Virus record (IMG/VR): IMGVR_UViG_3300045911_000130
Span: 1-64,000 of that record
Direction: 5' to 3' (one strand)
From: a virus
DNA: 64,000 bases
Shown here piece after piece: positions 18,745 through 25,913 of this stretch. The notes below the pieces were generated by a model that did no database searches, was not told the origin of the DNA, and saw only the letters and a program-made list of their open reading frames with translations. The translations under genes were made by a program, and so were the position numbers. How positions within the stretch are numbered: position 1 is the first letter of the stretch; every line of letters begins with the position of its first letter.

Positions 18745-19100
18745 GAAGAAAAGTGTCTCAGGGAGAGACGTTGGATCAGAGAGTTTTTCGGGCTGAAGCC
18801 GAAGCGCACTCCGGCGAATTGACACTGAAGGAATACATTGAATGCCGTGACTTCGTGGAAGCACGCATTCGGCATTGGATACACTTATTGGGCTTGCGCT
18901 GGTGGGAGGTAGTTACTAATTACTACAATACCGAGAAGAGCGCCGACGGGGAAGATTCTATCGTTATGGCGCGGTGCTGGACGGAGTGGGAGTATCGCAA
19001 GATTATTACTTCCTGGTACATGCCGACGATTAACAGGACTATTGGCCGGGATCAAGTGAAGCTGGATAGGCTCATTATCCATGAGTTCATGCACGCCATG
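18741..19100 (+). pseudogene. HExxH metallopeptidase-like gene interrupted by the IS605 insertion
   Basis: IIHEFMH motif immediately before the IS right end; the ORF runs 6 codons into the IS before stopping. Confidence 0.6.
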
Positions 19101-19250
19101 TTGACATCCTCCCCGGCCTGAAGGCCGGAGATTCCTACGGCGCTCAGGCGCGGCATTGAGCCGCCCCTGAGTCGCTTCGGTGGGTTCCTGCTGCTGGCGG
19201 CATTACCGCACCGCTCACTTCACAGGCTAACCGGGCGTGCCCCGCCCTTA
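19081..19250 (-). ncRNA. Predicted TnpB omega/reRNA (scaffold in the IS right end, guide from the flank: CATGGCGTGCATGAACTCAT); boundaries approximate
   Basis: Established TnpB architecture; RE hairpin seen; transcript not observable. Confidence 0.55.
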
Positions 19251-20364
19251 GAACGTTGATCGCGCCGACCACATCGGCGTTTTCCTCGAAGCCGCATTCC
19301 ACACACTCAAAACGGGCTTGTGTCCGGCGATTCTGTGCCGACACATGGCCGCAACAGGGACACGTGCGGCTCGTGTTCTGCGGCGGCACGGCAATGAGAT
19401 GACCGCCGTTCCACGCCAACTTGTAGTCCAATTGGCGGCGAAACTCGAACCAGCCCTGATCGAGGATGGACTTGTTCAGGCCAGACTTGGCCCGAACGTT
19501 TCTTCCTGGCGCATCTGCTGTGCCTGCCGCTGACCTGGACATGTTCCGCACCTGCAAGTCCTCGATGACCACCATCGCGTGGTTTTGGCTGATCGTGGTC
19601 GTGACTTTGTGCAGGTAGTCGCGGCGGGCATTCTTGACGCGGGAATGAATCTTCTGGACGTGGGCTTTGGCCTTTTTCCAGTTGTTGCTGAACTTGACCT
19701 TGCGGCTCATCGCCTGCTGCGCACGGCGCAAGCGCGTTTCATGCCGCTTGAAGCTGTTCAGCGGCGCATAGAAGCGCCCGTCCGAGAGCGTAGCAAAGCG
19801 TGCCACACCCATATCGATGCCAACCGCGCCGCCCTTCGGGATGGGTTGTTCAACCTCGCGCTCGGTCTGGATGCTCACATACCACTTGCCGCAGGCCTGG
19901 CTGACGGTGACGTTCTTCACCGTGCCCAGCACGTCCCGGCTATTGCGGTAGCGCAGCCAGCCCAGCTTGGGCAGAAACAGGCGGCTGTTCGCTTGGTCAA
20001 GCTTGATCTGTTTCGGGTCGGGATAGCGAAAGCTGTCGTGTTGGCCTTTCTTCTTGAAGCGCGGGAAGTCGGCCCGCTTGGCGAAGAAGTTGCTGTAGGC
20101 CCGCTCCAAATCCTTGAGCGCCTGTTGCAAGGGATGGACAGGCGACTCGGCCAGCCATGCCGTTTCCGCGCCGTTGCGCCACGCGGTAAGCAGCTTGCAC
20201 AACCCGGCATAGCCGAGCTTCTTTTCGCCTTGCTCGTAACGCGCCTTCTGCAAAGCCAGCGCCTTGTTGAATACGAAGCGGCATGAACCAGCAAAGCGGC
20301 GCATTTGCCGCTCTTGCTGGCCGTTTGGCCGCAGTTCGTACTTGTAGGCTGACTGGATAATCAT
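19144..20364 (-). CDS. tnpB: RNA-guided endonuclease TnpB
   Basis: HTH_OrfB N-terminus, RuvC D (GIDMG), E (IEDL) and D (NAD) intact, CPCC/CVEC Zn finger. Confidence 0.95.
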   Translation of the reverse strand: MIIQSAYKYELRPNGQQERQMRRFAGSCRFVFNKALALQKARYEQGEKKLGYAGLCKLLTAWRNGAETAWLAESPVHPLQQALKDLERAYSNFFAKRADFPRFKKKGQHDSFRYPDPKQIKLDQANSRLFLPKLGWLRYRNSRDVLGTVKNVTVSQACGKWYVSIQTEREVEQPIPKGGAVGIDMGVARFATLSDGRFYAPLNSFKRHETRLRRAQQAMSRKVKFSNNWKKAKAHVQKIHSRVKNARRDYLHKVTTTISQNHAMVVIEDLQVRNMSRSAAGTADAPGRNVRAKSGLNKSILDQGWFEFRRQLDYKLAWNGGHLIAVPPQNTSRTCPCCGHVSAQNRRTQARFECVECGFEENADVVGAINVLRAGHARLACEVSGAVMPPAAGTHRSDSGAAQCRA

Positions 20365-20960
20365 GCCGTACCAGCCGCTCGCCTTCGTTCGTGGTAGGCG
20401 CGCTTGCTGGACGCGATCTTGGCTCTTGTCTCCGGCGACAAAGTACGCCGTCTATTAGCTTCAGATCGTTTGCGCCTGGTTTCTTCGGATAGATTTTCGC
20501 GCTTCTTGGATTCCGATATTTTTCGCTTCGTTTCATCGTCCCATTTGCGAACCTTGGCATTCTCAGAGCGTAGCTTTCTGACGTGATTTGGCGTTGGCCT
20601 GCCTTTGTTCTTCTCAGACATCTTCCTGCGCGTTTCTTCAGAAGGGTTTTCAAGCCCTTCCCCGCCGTCTGTGCTGTTCACCAGTGTCTCTCGGTACTCG
20701 GCAATAAAGCGTTTCTCGTGCGCCTGCCATCCATTAGCAGGCACTTCAGCAAGCAGCCTAACGACTGGGATTACCCCATCTGCCAAAAGCGCCCTAATCC
20801 AGTATCCACGGTGATTTTTCAATCCTCGGCGTGCTTCACCGACATGGCGCATTCTGCGCGTTTCGATCTTCATGTACGTCTTACCGACGTAACGTACTAC
20901 ATCCGGCCTTTGTGGGTCGAACAAGGCGTAAATGTAAACGGTTTCTTGAAGTCGTTGCAT
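20361..20960 (-). CDS. GIY-YIG homing endonuclease-like protein with NUMOD3-type repeats
   Basis: YIYAL..RYVGKT, R..H, E, N motifs; four SEETRRKMS-like repeats. Confidence 0.85.
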   Translation of the reverse strand: MQRLQETVYIYALFDPQRPDVVRYVGKTYMKIETRRMRHVGEARRGLKNHRGYWIRALLADGVIPVVRLLAEVPANGWQAHEKRFIAEYRETLVNSTDGGEGLENPSEETRRKMSEKNKGRPTPNHVRKLRSENAKVRKWDDETKRKISESKKRENLSEETRRKRSEANRRRTLSPETRAKIASSKRAYHERRRAAGTA

Positions 20961-20982
20961 AGCTCAATCATACTCTTGGTAT

Positions 20983-21396
20983 ATGAGCGATGACAACGAT
21001 ATTAGGCACGGACGACACTGCGTTTTCAAGATGCACGTCCATTTGGTCTTTGTGGCGAAATATCGCCGTAGGGTGTTCGACGGCGACGCCATCAACCGGC
21101 TGCGTACCATCTTCGCCAAGGTCTGCGCCGACTTTGAGACGCAACTGGTCGAGATGGACGGTGAGGACGATCACGTTCACCTGTTGGTTGAGTACCCGCC
21201 CAAGGTGGCCGTCTCGAATCCGGTGAACAGCCTCAAAGGCGTGTCCAGCCGCTTGCTGCGCAAGGAGCGGCCCGACATCCAGAAACGCTACTGGAAGGGC
21301 GTGCTGTGGTCGCCGTCCTACTTCGCCTCCTCCTGTGGCGGTGCGCCGATTTCCATCGTGCGCCAGTACATTGAACAGCAGCAGACACCCTACTGA
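20983..21396 (+). CDS. tnpA: Y1 HUH transposase TnpA
   Basis: HLVFVAKYRR, DHVHLL (HUH), LWSPSYF, catalytic Y in RQYIEQQ. Confidence 0.95.
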   Translation: MSDDNDIRHGRHCVFKMHVHLVFVAKYRRRVFDGDAINRLRTIFAKVCADFETQLVEMDGEDDHVHLLVEYPPKVAVSNPVNSLKGVSSRLLRKERPDIQKRYWKGVLWSPSYFASSCGGAPISIVRQYIEQQQTPY

Positions 21397-21513
21397 AAAG
21401 CTTTGCTTTCTGCGAAGCAAAAACCAAGGACGGCAACAAAGTCCGCGCTATCCTTCCCCGCCCTGAACGGCGGGGCTTGTCGCGCACCGGGTCAATCGAC
21501 TAGTACTCTTTAT

Positions 21514-21529
21514 GCTACGACTGCGTAGC
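21514..21529. promoter_or_regulatory. Palindromic operator-like site GCTACGACTGCGTAGC
   Basis: Matches GCTAY-N6-GTAGC; preceded by TAGTACT at 21501. Confidence 0.6.
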
Positions 21530-21565
21530 GCTTTTGGGAAATTACTGATACTATTGGAAACGCGA

Positions 21566-21769
21566 ATGACTTACGAAGGGGAAGTGACGATTGAAGGGGT
21601 GCGGTACTTGCCGCTGAAGCAAGCGGCGACGTTGCTTGGTGTGCATGAGGTTACAGTTCGCAAGTGGTTGAGCAGCCGTTCTGACATTGAATCCATAAAA
21701 TATCTCGACCGGCAGTTTTTGGCGGTCGAGTGGATTGAGAGGGAGATGGAGGATCGCTGTGACGGCTGA
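21566..21769 (+). CDS. Excisionase/MerR-like HTH DNA-binding protein
   Basis: YLPLKQAATLLGVHEVTVRKW. Confidence 0.75.
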   Translation: MTYEGEVTIEGVRYLPLKQAATLLGVHEVTVRKWLSSRSDIESIKYLDRQFLAVEWIEREMEDRCDG

Positions 21770-23408
21770 GGAACTAGATTCATGGATCGCGAACAAGACC
21801 GGAAACCCGATGAGCAGTGTTTTTCAGGAATACGGTATCAGCGATGTCAGCTTTCAGATTGTCAATTCCAGGCGGCAAAAAATTCACCGCCATCCATTGT
21901 TTCAATGTGTGAGCTTGTTGCAGCAACAGAATGATGTGGCCGGAAAAAGTCCCGCCGAGGTTGGGGTGATGTTGATGGGGAGCATTCCGGTTGCCTGTCA
22001 GTATGTCACGCTCCAAGCGTTACGGAATGTTGCCAGATTCCCTATACCCATGGCAAACGCAGCGGAACGCAAGCGCTTGTATTTAGAGTTTATGGACTCC
22101 GTGCAGGCTGATATTCCTAGCAAAGATGTGTTCATCCCAAGCATTGTATGGACGGCGATGGTACAAATGCTCGGCGGCGGCAATACGGACACTGAGTTTG
22201 GAGAATTTGCGGTAATACTAACTGCAATGGCAAAAGGCTCTACGGAACGGATGAATCCGCAAATCGTGGCGCAGTTGGCGAATTACTTCGAGTTTGACTC
22301 TAAGCGCTCCGATGTCGTCAATCGATACTATGCGGAATGGTATGGGTATGGGTATGGGTTGAACAAGCAGGTTGTTTTGGCTGCTTACTGTATCGGCGCG
22401 GAATGCGCAGCATATGACTCATTGATGCAATCTGGATCTACTCCATCAATAGATGGCATATGTGCCTACATGGACGAGATTGCCAAGGTCATCGAATACT
22501 GGATGCGTCCCAGCCCCGGACAAAGATGGATGAAACAGCAAGAGGGTGTTGTGCGGGCGATGGTGATGAGCGACGAATACTTCGGGAAGGTGCTTTCATA
22601 TAATGAACGCGGTCCTTTTATCGAAGCTATCATTCGGCGATACCCAGAGGGCTCAACGATAACACGGCAAAATGTTATAGACGAACTGTTCTACGAAAAG
22701 ATTCTCAGGCAGGCAAATGCCGGTATGCTGGAAGGCTTCAATTTGAGCACGTTCATCCAGGAGTACAAAGGCATGAAAGGATCACCCAAAAAGTATTCGG
22801 ATTATTATGCCGAGATGACGGAGTTGGCTAATAGGTATGGCATCCCTGTTAAGATCGGTGCGCCTGGGTGGTGGGATTTATTGCTGAAGAAGGCTTGGGA
22901 TGCCGCAGCAAAGGACATGAAAGATGGCATCGCGGCAGTTTACAATCTTGCCGTTGCTCGCGCCAGCTTCCAGGCGGGTAGGGTGGCCGCGCTGTTAAGA
23001 GAGACACAGCTAGAGAGCGACAAGGCCATAATGACAGCAGCTATATTCAATGTGATGTTGTCTGGTGAGTATGTTTTAGGCGAGCGGGAAACCGACGACC
23101 AGATACGCCTTGAGTTCAATAATATTCGCGCAAAGAATGCCGCAGCAGCGGAAATAGAGCGAGTCCGAAGCAACCAGAGGCGCAATAACGAGATGCGGCA
23201 GCCGCCGCGCCAGCAGCCAACCCAGCTTGAAAATGTAGCTTGGAAGTCAGGTGTAGCTGTAACCTTTGCTCCTGGGTTTATCTTGCCGCAACGGCAGGAA
23301 TCGAAGCCGCGAGCGAAGAAGGGCAAGCCTGATCCGACTCCAAGCGAGCCCATCGAACTGCAAGTCGATCCGTTGACGAGCCCCAGAAAATTCAACTTTG
23401 AGGAATAG
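21759..23408 (+). CDS. Large hypothetical helical protein
   Basis: GGAGG SD before GTG; about 550 aa. Confidence 0.75.
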   Translation: MTAEELDSWIANKTGNPMSSVFQEYGISDVSFQIVNSRRQKIHRHPLFQCVSLLQQQNDVAGKSPAEVGVMLMGSIPVACQYVTLQALRNVARFPIPMANAAERKRLYLEFMDSVQADIPSKDVFIPSIVWTAMVQMLGGGNTDTEFGEFAVILTAMAKGSTERMNPQIVAQLANYFEFDSKRSDVVNRYYAEWYGYGYGLNKQVVLAAYCIGAECAAYDSLMQSGSTPSIDGICAYMDEIAKVIEYWMRPSPGQRWMKQQEGVVRAMVMSDEYFGKVLSYNERGPFIEAIIRRYPEGSTITRQNVIDELFYEKILRQANAGMLEGFNLSTFIQEYKGMKGSPKKYSDYYAEMTELANRYGIPVKIGAPGWWDLLLKKAWDAAAKDMKDGIAAVYNLAVARASFQAGRVAALLRETQLESDKAIMTAAIFNVMLSGEYVLGERETDDQIRLEFNNIRAKNAAAAEIERVRSNQRRNNEMRQPPRQQPTQLENVAWKSGVAVTFAPGFILPQRQESKPRAKKGKPDPTPSEPIELQVDPLTSPRKFNFEE

Positions 23409-23411
23409 GAA

Positions 23412-23912
23412 ATGAAAATTGGAAGCCTGAACCGGCATCAGATTATGGGATTTTTGGGGCGTGACGCCGAGGCGCGTTTCACCCCTAACGGTGTAGCCGT
23501 CGCTACCTTTAGCGTGGCGACCACGCAAAGCTGGAAGGACAGGGATAGTGGCGAGTGGAAAGACAAGTCCACTTGGCATAATGTCGTCTTGTGGCGCAAG
23601 GAAAACCTTCACGAAAAGCTCGTGAAGGGGGCGCTTGTCTACGTCGAGGGGCGCTCGGAAACACGCAAATACACGGACAAGAACGGACAAGAACGCTACG
23701 TCACAGAGCTTATTGCCGACGATGTTGCCGTGATTCCGTATTCTAAATCAGAGTGGGGGCAGGGCGGCGGAGACCGCTCGATGGCGTCAGAACCGCGTAG
23801 GAATCAGCAGCAAGGAATGAGGAAAGGGCAGCCGGTGGGCAGTGACAACGGATTCCCGGATTTCGACGGGCCGCTGGATTTTAACGATGACGACATGGAC
23901 GTTCCGTTTTGA
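23412..23912 (+). CDS. ssb: Single-stranded DNA-binding protein
   Basis: OB fold G.LGRDAE.R, WHNVVLW, KGALVYVEG; acidic tail DDMDVPF. Confidence 0.95.
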   Translation: MKIGSLNRHQIMGFLGRDAEARFTPNGVAVATFSVATTQSWKDRDSGEWKDKSTWHNVVLWRKENLHEKLVKGALVYVEGRSETRKYTDKNGQERYVTELIADDVAVIPYSKSEWGQGGGDRSMASEPRRNQQQGMRKGQPVGSDNGFPDFDGPLDFNDDDMDVPF

Positions 23913-23947
23913 GTCATCAAGCGCGAATGCAAATATAAGCATCGAAA

Positions 23948-24727
23948 ATGACAACGATAAGGATAATTGATATGACAAACCTTGAGATTTTTCTGGTCTG
24001 TATTGTACTAGTACTATTGGTGGGTCTTGCCTTGTTTGGCGCGATCCTGATGATGACAAAATGGGTGTCGGGTCGAATTGGGGCAATCCACGCAATCCTG
24101 GACTCTCATTCTGCCAGCATCCGAGAAACAGGAAAGAAGTTCGGAGACGCCGTGGAAGCAATCGAGAGGTCGTCGAGCGGCTTGCAGGGGGCCGTCTCGG
24201 AAATGAGCAAACAGGTGGCTGGGTTGATAAATTCGGTTGCGGAGGCGCGTAGTTTCCATGAGCGCGTATTGTCCGGCATGACTGAAGAGTTTGCGGCGGC
24301 GTACTCTAAGCAGTACGAACGGGGCACCAGGGAGATCAAAGAGGCGATGGATCAGGTGGCGGCAAATGGAAAAGCGCTGGAGGCCGCCGTCTTGGAATTG
24401 CCAAAGTATGAGCAGGGCATGGTCAGGATCGTGGACAAGCTTGTCTTGCAAGTCCAGGAATTGACCTATGCCGTGGAATCGTTCCGGCGCATGATGTTCC
24501 CTGGGGATAGTTCTCCCCGCGAAAGGCAGCGCGACCGGGATGCTCTCATTCCATACCAACCAGACGAAGCGTTCATCAAGGCTGAAAAAGACGAGCTTAT
24601 CCGTTCCGGCCTTCTACCGTCTGAAGCTGAAGCTCAAGTGCGCGATGCGGCTGCAAATGCTTCGCGATTCATTGAGGAAGCGCTGGGGGAGCAAAACGAC
24701 GTTTTCGGAAAGATGGAGCTAAGATAA
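23948..24727 (+). CDS. Membrane-anchored coiled-coil protein
   Basis: N-terminal TM segment followed by a coiled coil. Confidence 0.65.
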   Translation: MTTIRIIDMTNLEIFLVCIVLVLLVGLALFGAILMMTKWVSGRIGAIHAILDSHSASIRETGKKFGDAVEAIERSSSGLQGAVSEMSKQVAGLINSVAEARSFHERVLSGMTEEFAAAYSKQYERGTREIKEAMDQVAANGKALEAAVLELPKYEQGMVRIVDKLVLQVQELTYAVESFRRMMFPGDSSPRERQRDRDALIPYQPDEAFIKAEKDELIRSGLLPSEAEAQVRDAAANASRFIEEALGEQNDVFGKMELR

Positions 24728-25452
24728 TGCGCGAAATCATCATCCGGGCTCTGTTGGACTGCAAAAACAAGGGCGTTGGCGACATTTCGCAGATCGCCGA
24801 CCGCGTGGTGGATTTTCTTGAGATCGCCGGTCAACTCCAGGGGACTGGCGGCTTGGTGCAGGCGCAAGGAGCCATTTCTCCATCAATTCAAGCGCCTGCA
24901 CCAAAAATCGAATTCGGTACGCTCGTGGGCGGCCTTGGTGGTGGCCTTGTCGCTGCTTCGCCGGATGATATCGTGATGGCGCAGAGAAGCGCAATCGATA
25001 CGGCGGTAGATCGCAGCCGGGCGATTCCAGCGCCCGCCATGAACTTCGATGCGCCGATGCCCAAGCCGGGGCAGGAGCGCGAGTATTGGGGCGACGTTTC
25101 GGATCTTGCGGGCTATTTGTCGCCGATGTTGCCGCCGTCGATAGTCATTCGGGCGACCGGCATGAGCGAAGACTTGACGCTGATACGCCAAGTTCAGATG
25201 CTTCCAGGCTCCCAAGAGGTACTTGGCGGTGGAAGCGTCAAGATCAGCTACCTGCCGCCGGGCATGACGATTGGCCCATCAATGTCGTTCAACACTTACC
25301 AGAAACCGCCAACATCCGCTGAAATCCAGGCGGAATTGAACGGCTTGAAGCAGTTGGCCGCGCAGACCTATGGGCGCAAAACGGTCAACGTGCAGGCTCC
25401 GCCGATCTCCAGCTATTCGCAAAGCACAGCAATGGAAGGTGGAGACGTATAG
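24727..25452 (+). CDS. Hypothetical protein
   Basis: TAATG coupling. Confidence 0.65.
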   Translation: MREIIIRALLDCKNKGVGDISQIADRVVDFLEIAGQLQGTGGLVQAQGAISPSIQAPAPKIEFGTLVGGLGGGLVAASPDDIVMAQRSAIDTAVDRSRAIPAPAMNFDAPMPKPGQEREYWGDVSDLAGYLSPMLPPSIVIRATGMSEDLTLIRQVQMLPGSQEVLGGGSVKISYLPPGMTIGPSMSFNTYQKPPTSAEIQAELNGLKQLAAQTYGRKTVNVQAPPISSYSQSTAMEGGDV

Positions 25453-25504
25453 CTGATTTTGCACGAATACAGTATGCTGAGTGGAGACTGGACTTCGCTC
25501 GGCC

Positions 25505-25529
25505 TTGAGCCCGGCTTGTCCGGGCTCAA
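25505..25529. other. Perfect 10-bp inverted repeat in the leader of the fibre module
   Basis: TTGAGCCCGG-cttgt-CCGGGCTCAA; no U tract. Confidence 0.6.
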
Positions 25530-25561
25530 TTGCGTCTGGATGCAGAAAAGAAAGGGGCCGC

Positions 25562-25912
25562 ATGGCGACCTATATTGAATCCACAATTTCACGCCTCTTG
25601 ACGCTTGCAAGTTCTGCAACCGTGTATAACCTTCACACGTTGCTGCAAGCGATCAATCCTAACTATCCAAAGATGGTGAAAAGTCTGCGTATCATGATGC
25701 AGGCAAATGGTTCCGATGGCACGGTCTATATTGGCGATGCCACTATGACCGGAGGTAGCGACACTGGCTATGCTGTTACCCGTAACGCTACAGATAACTT
25801 CCTTAACGAGTTTTCTCTTGATGGAAGTTTTATGAACATTGATCTTTCGGCTTTTAACCTACGTCCGGCGGCAAATAACTTGACGATTCAGGTTTTCGCA
25901 AAGGTGGAGTAA
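25562..25912 (+). CDS. Small beta-rich putative structural protein
   Basis: AAAGGGG SD; N.GTVYIG motif. Confidence 0.6.
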   Translation: MATYIESTISRLLTLASSATVYNLHTLLQAINPNYPKMVKSLRIMMQANGSDGTVYIGDATMTGGSDTGYAVTRNATDNFLNEFSLDGSFMNIDLSAFNLRPAANNLTIQVFAKVE

Positions 25913-25913
25913 T

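Larger units (their letters stand above)
19101..21490 (-). mobile_element. IS200/IS605-family element (divergent tnpA and tnpB) carrying a GIY-YIG gene
   Basis: Right end on - strand: GAAT guide (19131-34), hairpin (19111-30), TCAA terminus (19101-04). Left end: CAAG guide (21476-79), hairpin (21456-75), flanking target TGAC (21491-94). Both obey the IS608 guide/cleavage pairing rule. Confidence 0.92.

Noticed and set aside
22341-22358. TATGGG x3 microsatellite
   Set aside because: Short in-frame YGYGYG; no evidence of function
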